The notes under the pieces: generated by a model | Seen by the model: the letters and a program-made list of their open reading frames with translations, nothing else | What the model was told of the DNA's origin: nothing | Databases searched by the model: none | Assembly: GCA_963822445.1 (NCBI GenBank) | Contig: CAWGHO010000003.1 | Coordinates: 1,408,001-1,472,000, forward strand | DNA from: an uncultured Acidobacteriota bacterium | Lineage (GTDB): Bacteria; Acidobacteriota; Thermoanaerobaculia; Gp7-AA8 | Reading direction: 5' to 3' | Length of the DNA: 64,000 bases | Shown: positions 28,622 to 38,062 of the stretch, one piece after another | Layout: the number at the start of each line of letters is the position of its first letter | How positions within the stretch are numbered: position 1 is the stretch's first letter | Translations under genes and position numbers: made by a program

Positions 28622-30871
28622 CTACTTGACGGCGGTCCGCAGCTCGTTGAAGTGCGCCGCTTTGATGGTCGTTGAAAAGGCGGTGATGCTCGGATCGGTG
28701 TAGCTGAGCTCGACCAGTCCCAGTGCGGCGCGGGAAGCGTTCAGATTCGCGCGCAGCTCGTCGACGTGAGTCTTCTTGACCGGCACGAGCGGGCCGATGG
28801 AGTCGGTGAAGGTGGCCGCGCCGAGTTGCGCGAGCACGCGGGTCGCGTTCACTGCCGTCCGGAGCTCCGTCATGTGCACTCCCTGGACGACGCCCGTCCC
28901 GGCAACGGCCGGATCCCCGGTGAAGATGATCGTCGTGGCGAGATCGGTCGGGCCGAACGCGCCCGTAGTTGCCGCGCCGTCGCGGGCAGCGACTCGATAG
29001 AGATAAGAGGTGTTTGCCAGCGGCGTCGTGTCGGTGAACAGAGCTCCCGCCGGAGTTCCGACGATTGCGTAGGCCACGGTGTCGGCGCTTCGTTCCACCG
29101 CATAACTCGCCGCGCCGGCGACGGCGGTCCACGAAAGCTGGACGGAAGTCGAAGTCGCGGCTGTGGCGACGAGATTCGCCGGCGGGCCGAGGGTTGTGGC
29201 GCACTGCGACGTCGTGGCGAAGGATCGCGTGATCTTGCAGCCCTTCTCGTTCGCGATGGAAAAGGTCAGTGTCAAAGCGGCAGCGTTTGGTGTGAATGAG
29301 ATCGAGGTGCCCGTCGTCGATCCCTGAATGGAGCCGCCCGAGATCGCCCAGGAGTACGTGCACTCCAGCCCCGCGCAACCACCGTCCTCGGACGCAGTCT
29401 GTCCGGCCGAGCAGGGGAGGTTGGTGCCGACGATGATGGAGTTGGTCGACAATGCGTATTCGAGCTTGTCGGTCAGGATCTCGAGGATCTTCTGGCTCGG
29501 TTTCCCCAACTCCCCCAGGACGTATCTGCTCTCGGGATAACCCGAGGCCCGGGTCTGCAGGTAGCAGTAGCTCATGATCGTGCCCTTCTCGAAGGGCACG
29601 CTGGTGCTGCCGGAAAAGCAGCCGGGATTGCTCTCGACGAAGCAGAGGTCGACGTAGTCCCGGGTGACGTTGTAGGCGGTCTTCTCCGCCGGCGTCAGAT
29701 CGGTGCAGTGGGTGTGGTTGGAGCCGATCACGTGTCCGAGCTCGTGGGCGAATCCCTGCAACATCAAGTGGTTGATGCCGAGGCCGTACACGACGCCGTC
29801 CACGGTCGCGTTCGGGTTGGGAACCGTCGTTTCGCCGACGGAGCCGTTCACGGCGTAGGCGCCGCTCCAGCAATTCAGACCGCACCCGCGATCGATGTCG
29901 CAGATTCTGTCGGTGTGTGCGGCGCCGCCGTTCACCCTGCCGCTGAGCATGATGGTTGCAGACCGTGGGACGCCCGGTGGCGTTTCCGGATCGTCATCGG
30001 GGAGCTTGTAGTTGGCATTCCAGTACGTGCCCAGCTCCTGGAGGACCTGCGGGTGGCCGGTGGCCACGAAGGGATCCTCTACGTTGCTCGGCCTGATGTT
30101 GACCAGCCCGATGTTCAGGGTGGTATTCAGATCGCGCATGTAGATCACGGACGTCTGCGCGACGAGGTCGCCGATATACGTACTGACCGCGGCGTCGGTC
30201 GTGCTGTTCGCCGCGCCGAAGGTGGCGTAGAACTCGTTGTCCGATTCGATCGCGATCCGCAGCTCGTACGCGGCGTCCGTCACAGAGAGCGTCACCGGTC
30301 TGGCAGGCAGCGACAGTTTCCCGTGCGGCAGGGTCACGTTCTCGGTGGCACATTCGAACGAGGTTCCGGCGAAGCCTTCCCGGGACGCATCGACGACGTC
30401 GATGAAGATCGGCGCCTCCTTCCGGGCCTTCGGGCCGCTCCGGCCGGGCAGTTGCCGGCCCTGCCGGATCGTGAACGTCTTCTCGCCGATGAGGATCAGG
30501 CCGGACACGTCGGAACTGTCCGTCGCGGTCGAGAAGAAGACCGTGGCCGCCGGCTGGCCGGCCACGCGGCCTTTGAAATAGCGCCGGGCGGGAAGGGCCA
30601 TTCTTCGGGGCGGGTCGGAGTCGTAAACGACGATCGTGGCATCCGGCGCCCAGACCGCGAACTCCTCGAGCTCGATGGAGACCGTGTCGGTATCGGAGAG
30701 GACGACGTTCGGCAGGACGATGGTCGCGCTCTTCCGCGCGCTGCGAATGCTCGAGAGCGTGCTGCGGTCGAGCTCCCGCACGGGACTGGCCGCCAACGCG
30801 ACCGGGCCGAGGAAGAACATCACCGCGAATGCGAAATGAGAAAAGCGCCGCCGCCCCGCGTGTTGGAACAT
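28622..30871 (-). CDS. Secreted M12 (reprolysin-like) zinc metallopeptidase with FN3 and duplicated 'HxxELR' tail
   Basis: HELGHVIGSNH zinc motif; Met-turn 'GTIMSY'; 'RIAIESDNEF'. Confidence 0.88.
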   Translation of the reverse strand: MFQHAGRRRFSHFAFAVMFFLGPVALAASPVRELDRSTLSSIRSARKSATIVLPNVVLSDTDTVSIELEEFAVWAPDATIVVYDSDPPRRMALPARRYFKGRVAGQPAATVFFSTATDSSDVSGLILIGEKTFTIRQGRQLPGRSGPKARKEAPIFIDVVDASREGFAGTSFECATENVTLPHGKLSLPARPVTLSVTDAAYELRIAIESDNEFYATFGAANSTTDAAVSTYIGDLVAQTSVIYMRDLNTTLNIGLVNIRPSNVEDPFVATGHPQVLQELGTYWNANYKLPDDDPETPPGVPRSATIMLSGRVNGGAAHTDRICDIDRGCGLNCWSGAYAVNGSVGETTVPNPNATVDGVVYGLGINHLMLQGFAHELGHVIGSNHTHCTDLTPAEKTAYNVTRDYVDLCFVESNPGCFSGSTSVPFEKGTIMSYCYLQTRASGYPESRYVLGELGKPSQKILEILTDKLEYALSTNSIIVGTNLPCSAGQTASEDGGCAGLECTYSWAISGGSIQGSTTGTSISFTPNAAALTLTFSIANEKGCKITRSFATTSQCATTLGPPANLVATAATSTSVQLSWTAVAGAASYAVERSADTVAYAIVGTPAGALFTDTTPLANTSYLYRVAARDGAATTGAFGPTDLATTIIFTGDPAVAGTGVVQGVHMTELRTAVNATRVLAQLGAATFTDSIGPLVPVKKTHVDELRANLNASRAALGLVELSYTDPSITAFSTTIKAAHFNELRTAVK

Positions 30872-31108
30872 GAGCTTTCCCTGGCTGTTTGAGCCGTCGG
30901 AATTGGCGGCAGATGTGGAAGAACGTCCACTATACGCCTTGGCTCGAGCTGCGGTGGGGTGAAGCAGGGGAAGAGGTGCAGCGCCTCGCGGTGGAAGGCG
31001 ACCGGAGTACGTCCCGCGCAGGACGCGAGCAGGAACGTGAGAGCGGCGGCGGGTACGGCGATGGTGCGCCATGGCGCTGCTGTATCATCCCGAGATCCGG
31101 TCAATCGA

Positions 31109-32386
31109 ATGGCCCAAGTGTTCCTGAGTTACGCGCGGGAAGATCGCGAGTGCGCGGAGATCCTTGCGCGTGCGCTGACGAACCACGGCTGGTCGGTGTG
31201 GTGGGACCGCCTCATCGATGTCGGGGGCCGGTTTTCCGCGGTCATCGAGCGCGAGCTCTCGCAGGCCAAGTGCGTCATCGTTCTCTGGTCACGCCATTCA
31301 GTGCAGTCGGACTGGGTTCAGAGCGAGGCCTCCGATGCCAGCCAGCGGGAGATCCTCGTGCCGGTGCGGATCGACGATGTCCGCCTGCCGCTCGAGTTTC
31401 GCCGTCTTCAGACCGCGGACCTCTGCGACTGGCGCAAGGGGTTCGACAGTCCCGAGTTCAAGTCGTGCCTGGCCTCGGTGGAGAAGCTCGTTCGCAGGAA
31501 AACTCTCCCCGGTGTTCCGTTTCCCGAACCGGAGCTCGAGCCGAAGCCGGAACCGAAACCTGCGCCGGTCGACGAACGGTTGGATGACGTCTGGATCATG
31601 CAGGATGGTCAGCGGTTCTGCGCGCCGGATCCGAACACCTTGCGCAAGTGGGCCAAGGAAGGGCGTGTCCGGGCCGATAGCCAGATCTATGACCCGGCGG
31701 TTGCCGATTGGGTCCCTGCCCGCGAAGTTCCTGTATTGCGGGGTGTCTATCCCGCGCCGACGCCGACGCCGACTCCGACTTCGCTTCCGCATCCCGCGCC
31801 TCAGCCTCCAGCCACCGGCATCCGCTGGCCGCTCATCGCCGCGGTCGTCGGCGGACTCGGATTGCTGGCCCTCCTGCTCGTAGCCGTCGTCATGAACCTG
31901 CCGAGCCCATCTCCCCAGGTGTACGACCCGGTACTCACCCGCACGACAGAAACCGCCCCGGTGACGAAAACGACGGAGACGGTGGTCACGCCTCCGCCAG
32001 TCCCGCGACCGATCGCCGTGACGATCCAGAATCGCTGTATGGACAGACAGATCGTCGTGGCCATCTGCTATCTCAACACTTCCAATCAATGGGTCAGCCA
32101 AGGTTGGTGGACGTTACCCCCCGGGCAGGCGGTGCCCAATGTCGTCGCTGCGAATGGGTCGATGGTGTACTTCTATGCCATCTCCTGGAGCGACGGCGGC
32201 ATCTGGCAAGGGCGGGACACCGATTCCGTCAAGCCGAGGATGGCGCCGATCAGTCTCGATCCCCTGAATCCGTTCGAGCTCCCCGCCGATGAACCCGAGG
32301 ACGAGGGAGGGAGGCTCGTCTCGTTCGCCGGGGCTGAGATGGACACCAGCAAGCTGTCGTACCTGCAGACGTTCCTCTGCCCTTGA
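31109..32386 (+). CDS. TIR-domain membrane protein (TIR, GYF_2-like, Pro-rich linker, TM, DUF1036-like)
   Basis: 'VFLSYARED', 'WSVWWD', catalytic Glu in 'SDWVQSEA'; C-terminal 'NRC...VAICY...WVSQGWW'. Confidence 0.85.
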   Translation: MAQVFLSYAREDRECAEILARALTNHGWSVWWDRLIDVGGRFSAVIERELSQAKCVIVLWSRHSVQSDWVQSEASDASQREILVPVRIDDVRLPLEFRRLQTADLCDWRKGFDSPEFKSCLASVEKLVRRKTLPGVPFPEPELEPKPEPKPAPVDERLDDVWIMQDGQRFCAPDPNTLRKWAKEGRVRADSQIYDPAVADWVPAREVPVLRGVYPAPTPTPTPTSLPHPAPQPPATGIRWPLIAAVVGGLGLLALLLVAVVMNLPSPSPQVYDPVLTRTTETAPVTKTTETVVTPPPVPRPIAVTIQNRCMDRQIVVAICYLNTSNQWVSQGWWTLPPGQAVPNVVAANGSMVYFYAISWSDGGIWQGRDTDSVKPRMAPISLDPLNPFELPADEPEDEGGRLVSFAGAEMDTSKLSYLQTFLCP

Positions 32387-32422
32387 CGGCAGTCGTCACC
32401 GGTAAATCGGTGACAGCCGTCA
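32384..32422. terminator. Stem-loop after the TIR gene
   Basis: TGACGGC..GTCACCG-GTAAAT-CGGTGAC..GCCGTCA; no U tract. Confidence 0.35.
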
Positions 32423-32664
32423 TGGTTCGCGAACAGGCGGCGGAGGCAGCAGGAGGGCTTGACAGTCGCCCGTTCTAACGCGGCACGGTGTGCATTCGGC
32501 GCGGGGCCATTCGTGATGCGTGGGGGCTTCTCTCAATTACGTTCCGCAGAACGACTTTCTTGTGCCCCGTTTTAGGCGTAGCAGAGCGCCGGAGGCGAGG
32601 GCGAAGACGATCAACGCGAAGCGGCCGGCGCGGGACTGAGGCTCGCGCTCGCGGCGCGGATCTC

Positions 32665-34782
32665 TCACGTGCTGGTGGCGATGCCGCTCGATCGCGGCCA
32701 CCAGATCGCCAGGGCATAGAAGACCGCGGCCACCAGAATGAGGCTCGGAATTCCGAACGCGAACGAAACACTCTCCGCCATCCCGCCGACCACTGCACCG
32801 AGAATGTTCCAACCCAAAGCGAAGCCTGGGGAGGAACTGCTCGCGAACGCGCCGGCGAAGAGCACGCCTGCAAAAAAAATCGGCACGGTGAGGAGAAGCG
32901 TTGCCGCGAAGCCCCCGAACGGCGACGGGAGCTCGAGGAATCGCTCCACAGGCAACAGATAGGCCGCCGCGAGGCTCGCGAAAAGTCCCCCGATCACCCA
33001 CCGTGGCGCGGATGCGGAAACTCGGGCCATGCGCGTGCTCACCCAATTGGCGAGCAGAATCACGCCGAGGATCACGCCGATCACCCAGGCGTTGACCTGC
33101 CAGGTCGTGCCGAAGCAGAGCGCCAGACGCGAGACGTTGTGGACCTCGAGCAACAGAAACGCCGCACCGAGCCAGAAGAAGCGGCCTCGGAATGTTTCAC
33201 CAGCCGGACGCGCGCGCCAGATGAACAGGGAGCAGAGCACGATGATGACCGACGAAAGAAGCAGAACGAGAATCGGCACGTGCGGCGTGGACAGGGTCAG
33301 GAACGGCCAGGCGTCGGTGGACGGAACGACCCGGCCGGTGCCTGAGTACGGGGCCAGAGATCCGATCTGGCCGGTAGCCTGACGGACGCGGGGCATCCAT
33401 CGCTCTTCCGCCGTGAAGAAGTGAGCCTGGATCACCGGCCCGCCCGGTCGCTGCTCCGAGGAGAGCAATCCGACCGGCTTGTGACCGAACGCTTCCTCCA
33501 GATTCCGGCCGAGGCGTTCGGCCACATACGGCTGCTCTGCGAAAAACGACAGGAACAGCCATCCCTCAGGCTTCAGGCGCTTCCGCGCGTCGCCGAGACT
33601 CTCCACCGTGTAGATGTAGTCGTCGAGGCGGACGTTCGTGTACGAGGAGAGGGTCGTATGCGAATCGAGATGACTGAAGACGATCAGATCGAACGATCGG
33701 CTCGTGGTTCTGATGAAGTGGCGGGCGTCGTCGATGACCACCCGCACTCGCGGATCGTCGTAAGGTCTCTGCGGATGTAAACGCCTTCCGATGTCGACGA
33801 CGACGGGATCGATGTCGACGGCGGTCACCGACCTCGCGCCGGCTCCGAGCGCGGCGGCGACGTCGTTTCCCGTTCCCGACCCGACGATCAGGACGTCGCC
33901 GGGCGGCCGTTTCCCGATGTAAGGCAGGACGATCCGGGTGATCGGAAACTCCTTCGCGCCCTCGATCCGCGGCTGCGCGCGCATGGCCTGGTAACCGATG
34001 TTGTTGACGATCACCGCCCGCCCGTCGACCACGGCCAGCTTCTGGTAGGGACTCCAGAGCGTGCGCTCTCGCGGCGTATCGTTCGGGAGCAGCGTGAGCG
34101 TCAGGGCAACCACTACGAAGATGCTTTCTCTGCGAGACGCGCGGTCCTCATCGAGAAAGAGGAACATCAGCGCCGCAGCGCCGAACCAGCAGACGGGGGG
34201 CAGCTCCACCGCTGCCATGAGCGTGTAGGCGAGAATGCCCACGAGGCTCCCGGCGACGTTGATCGAGTAGGCCCGGATGGGACGGTCGGGCATCGCCGCC
34301 ATGGCCGACGCCGTGATCTGGCCGATCGGCACCATGATCGCGGCCAGGATCACGAAGAGAACCAGAGTCCAGCCGACGGCGAATACGAGCCCAGCCGCAC
34401 CCGACCAGGTGAGGACCGGATCGATGGCGTGAAAGACCATCAGACCCGGCATGCCCGCGAGAATCCGGCTGATCCTTCGCGGGCCGAAATCGAGAAGGGG
34501 CTGCCACGGAAGCTGAATCAGCAGAAACAGCAAAAGCATGAGGAGCTGCGCGCGCAGCAGGTGCACCCGCCGCCGGAAGAGCAGACAGCCACTTCCGAAT
34601 CCGAGGAAGCAGGCCACGAGGACCAGGTTCTTGAAGTAGGCAAAGATCCTGACTTCGGAGGATACCCAGCGGATCAGGGCCAGCTCGACAAACAAGCCGA
34701 GCACACTCGCCAGAAAGATGATTCTCCCGCGCGACGCGGTGGGCTCAGCGCGCGACGCGATGGGCTCGAGGGAAGACATCAC
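32665..34782 (-). CDS. Membrane-embedded spermidine-synthase-like (aminopropyl/methyltransferase) protein
   Basis: TM blocks flank a catalytic domain with 'WSPYQK', 'VLIVGSGTGND', 'IDDARHF', 'STDAWPF'. Confidence 0.8.
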   Translation of the reverse strand: MMSSLEPIASRAEPTASRGRIIFLASVLGLFVELALIRWVSSEVRIFAYFKNLVLVACFLGFGSGCLLFRRRVHLLRAQLLMLLLFLLIQLPWQPLLDFGPRRISRILAGMPGLMVFHAIDPVLTWSGAAGLVFAVGWTLVLFVILAAIMVPIGQITASAMAAMPDRPIRAYSINVAGSLVGILAYTLMAAVELPPVCWFGAAALMFLFLDEDRASRRESIFVVVALTLTLLPNDTPRERTLWSPYQKLAVVDGRAVIVNNIGYQAMRAQPRIEGAKEFPITRIVLPYIGKRPPGDVLIVGSGTGNDVAAALGAGARSVTAVDIDPVVVDIGRRLHPQRPYDDPRVRVVIDDARHFIRTTSRSFDLIVFSHLDSHTTLSSYTNVRLDDYIYTVESLGDARKRLKPEGWLFLSFFAEQPYVAERLGRNLEEAFGHKPVGLLSSEQRPGGPVIQAHFFTAEERWMPRVRQATGQIGSLAPYSGTGRVVPSTDAWPFLTLSTPHVPILVLLLSSVIIVLCSLFIWRARPAGETFRGRFFWLGAAFLLLEVHNVSRLALCFGTTWQVNAWVIGVILGVILLANWVSTRMARVSASAPRWVIGGLFASLAAAYLLPVERFLELPSPFGGFAATLLLTVPIFFAGVLFAGAFASSSSPGFALGWNILGAVVGGMAESVSFAFGIPSLILVAAVFYALAIWWPRSSGIATST

Positions 34783-34824
34783 CGATGTGCGGTCGATCGC
34801 GAAAAGGTGCAGCGCCTCGCGGCG

Positions 34825-35109
34825 CTACACCTCTTCGAGTACCTGAATGTCCGGCGGAGCGGCGAGCATGGGCGTGATCGTGCGCAGAAGGGTCTGCACG
34901 TGCGGCGTGGCCATGTGCTGATCGACATGGCCACGCGTCGCCCAGCGCTCGACGGTCATGAAAACGCCTTCGTCACCGCGCAGGACCAGATACGAGGAGC
35001 ATCCGTCCTCCGACCGCGAGGTCTCGGCGTTGGCGCGGAGCGCCTGCGCCATTTCCTCTTCGCGGCCCGGTTGCGCTTTCGCGCGGGCGATGACGACGAC
35101 TTCGCTCAT
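34825..35109 (-). CDS. Antibiotic biosynthesis monooxygenase (ABM) family protein
   Basis: 'AKAQPGREE..SRSEDGCSSY..ERW..HMATPH'. Confidence 0.85.
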   Translation of the reverse strand: MSEVVVIARAKAQPGREEEMAQALRANAETSRSEDGCSSYLVLRGDEGVFMTVERWATRGHVDQHMATPHVQTLLRTITPMLAAPPDIQVLEEV

Positions 35110-35122
35110 TTCGTTTCTCTGA

Positions 35123-37569
35123 TTACCAGCCGATGCCGAGGTAGGCGAGGGCGCGGCGGCTGAGCAGGTCTCCGCCGAAGGCCTCGTAGTGCTCGTTATC
35201 CAGTGCGTTGCTGACGTCCACACCGACCTTGAACATGTCGCTGATGTTGAAGTTTCCGGCCACGTTCACGACGCCGTACGTGGGAACCGTTCCAACGAAC
35301 ACACCTGCCGCCCAGTCGAACCCTTCGACCCAGCGGTAGGAAACCTTGCCGTCGAACCGCGAGCTGCGGAACGAGAGACCGGCGTTGAACTTCTGCTCCG
35401 GCGCGTTCGGGAGGAGACGGTCGCCGATGCGCTGCGTCCCTTCCTTCACCTCGAAGTCGAAGTGCGAGTAGTTCGCCTCGAGCACCCAGTTGTTGGTGAG
35501 GTAGTAGTTCACCGCGATCTCGGCGCCCTGCGTGTCGACCTCACCGGCGTTCGTGTACGAGAACACCAGGGCCGGCGAGCCGCCGACGGTGGTCAGGCCG
35601 GCCCGGTTCGCACCGAGCGCGGTGGTGAGGAACTGGTTGATGCCGCCGACGACCGCGCCGGGGATCGGTGTGCCGTTGGGCAATGTGGTCGGAACGACGT
35701 AGGCCGCGAACGCCTCGTTCGCGCCGGGGAGAAGGTCGGTCACGAAGTCGCTGAGGAAGCTCTTGTAGACGTCGACGGTGAGGAACACCTTGCCGCCGAA
35801 GATGCCGGCGTAGCCGATCTCGTGGCTCTTGACCTTTTCCACGACGAGATTGGCGTTGCCGCGCGCCAGAAGCGGCAGCGAGCCAAAGCCGAGCTGGTTC
35901 AGGAACGGCGCGAGGGCCGCGGCCGCGGGATTGGCGGCAGCCGCCGCGGCGAGTGGAACCGGCGCGCCGGCCGGAGCGGTGAGGAAGAGCTCCGAGTAGT
36001 TCGGGCGCTGGAAGGCTTCGTTGTAGCCGTAGCGGACGTTGTGGTTGGTGTTGATCGAGAAGACGATCGCGCCTTTCGGCGAGAACTGCGCCTCGTGCAG
36101 CGTCGAGTCGTCCCAGCGCGCGGCGCCGACGAGCTTGATCCGGTTGGACAGATCGAACTCGGCCTGGCCGAACACGGACTGCTGGGTCTCATCGTGCGGA
36201 ATCGGCCATCAGCGTGCCCAGGCCGGTGTTGGGGTTGGTGGTGTCGACTTCCTGTTCGTTCCAGGCGACGCCGCCGACGAGGCGGGTGCGGCCGCCCATG
36301 AAATCCCAGTTGGTCTGCAGCTCCGCGTGCATGTTGCTCGAGTCTTCGTAGAGAGGGGCGCCGGAGGCGAGGGCGACCTGGTTCTCGGCGACGCGCGCGT
36401 CGTAATACGCGCCGATGTTCCAGTGCGGCATGTTGTAGTTGACGCGGGCCCAGGGGCGCTCGACGTCGGTCACCTGCACGCGGCCGATACCGGTCTGGAA
36501 CACGGGACCTTCCAGCGTCGCGTATCCACCTTCGACGGTGAAGACGTTCGAGTTGGCGAAGTGCTTGTCGAAGCGGAGGCCGCCGAACTTCACGTTCACT
36601 TCCTCGAGCGCGAGCGGACGCGCTTCGCGGCGGAGGCAGTTGATCGCGCTGGTCGTGGCGCAGGGGACGGTGTACTCGACGGTCAGCATTGCGCGAGCGG
36701 GCGAAGTCGCCGCTCTGCGCGTAGCCGCCGACGAGGCGGTAATACCACTCGCCGCCGAGGCCGCCGGCGTGACGGAGATCGGCGCGCTTGGTGTCGAGAT
36801 CGCCGGCGCTGAGCAGCAGGCGTCCGCCCACGCTGTCGCGCGGCATCTTGGTGGTCATGTTCAGAACGCCGCTGAAGGCGTTCGCGCCGTAGAGCGCCGA
36901 TCCCGGACCGCGGATCAGCTCCACGCTCTGCATCTCATCGAGGGGGAAGGAGACCGCGCCCCATTCCTGTGCGCCGAGGAAGGCGATGGCGGGGTCGCGG
37001 CCGTCGATGAGGGTGAGGATGCGGCGGTTCAGCGAGCTGTTGAAGCCGCGGGCGTTGAAGTTCGTGTCGTAAAGACCGCTCTGGGTGAAGTCGACGCCGA
37101 CCGCGTTCTCGATGATGCGCGGGGCCTGGCCGGACGAGGCCACGGCCTCGATGTCTTCCTGGGCCATGACCGTGACGGCCGCCGGCGCTTCGACGACGCG
37201 CTCGGTGCGGCGCGAGGCGGAGTAGACGGTGATCGTCTCGGCGATGGACAGGCGCCAGTCGACCTGCTTGTCGACCCGCGTGGTCCCGCCGTCGGTGACG
37301 ACGACGTTGCTCTCGGTCGTGGCCTGGTCACCGGCCACGAGATTGAGCGTGTACGTTCCGGGCGGGACGTCGAAGCTGAACGAGCCGTCGGACTCGGTGG
37401 TGATCGCCCGCGAGAGCTCGACGATCTGCACGATGACGCCACCGATGCCGGTGCCGTCGGTGCGCGTGATGCGGCCGGCGATGCGGCCATTGGCGGCGAG
37501 CACAGGGACAGCCGCAAGGATCAGGATAATTAACAGGCACAGGACTCGGACGGAGCGCCGAAAGGCCAT
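35123..37569 (-). CDS. TonB-dependent receptor, split by two frameshifts (~36690 and ~36200)
   Basis: Signal peptide; carboxypeptidase-regulatory-like domain; 'ETITV'; plug 'VELIRGPGSALYGANAFSGVLN'; C-terminal 'NALD...GIGW'. Confidence 0.85.
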
Positions 37570-37633
37570 GACAAACCCTCCCTAGAACGTATTCAGGACC
37601 AGTTGGTTACGATCGGAGGAAGGTAGCACAAAA

Positions 37634-37726
37634 GATTGATGATTGATGAGTGATGATTGATGATTGTCCGTCCGTTGGCCGCGTCCGATGAACCCTTCAT
37701 CAATCATCAATCATCAGTCATCAATC
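37634..37726. repeat. Inverted heptamer array, (GATTGAT)n ... (TCATCAA)n
   Basis: Arms 37634-37666 and 37697-37726. Confidence 0.9.
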
Positions 37727-38062
37727 GGCGTCGAGTGGTTGGTCGAAGCGTCCGGTTGTCGGGAGGAAGCGCTGCGTGATGTGGCGCTGCTCGGGCGGCT
37801 GTTCGCGCGCGTCATCGACGAGGTCGGTCTCAATCCGCTGCACGATCCTTCGTGGCATGTGTTTCCGGGGCCGGGCGGCGTGACGGGATTCGTGATGCTG
37901 ACCGAGTCGCACCTGGCCTGCCACACCTATCCGGAGCATGGCCTGGCCACGATCAATCTCTATTGCTGCCGGCCGCGTGACGAATGGCCCTGGCGCGAAC
38001 GCCTGGCCGAGCTCCTCGGCGCAACGGACGTTCGCGTGCGGGCGGTGGAGAGAGGCTCGTGA
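37688..38062 (+). CDS. speD: S-adenosylmethionine decarboxylase proenzyme
   Basis: 'GGVTGFVMLTESHLACHTYPEHG' self-cleavage motif (E|S); start uncertain. Confidence 0.88.
   Translation: MNPSSIINHQSSIGVEWLVEASGCREEALRDVALLGRLFARVIDEVGLNPLHDPSWHVFPGPGGVTGFVMLTESHLACHTYPEHGLATINLYCCRPRDEWPWRERLAELLGATDVRVRAVERGS

Noticed and set aside
28290-28950. Inverted similarity across the junction of two convergent genes as a mobile-element inverted repeat
   Set aside because: Explained by both proteins ending in the same C-terminal module
32423-32664. ORFs or ncRNA between the TIR gene and the spermidine-synthase-like gene
   Set aside because: No convincing coding signal or recognisable RNA structure
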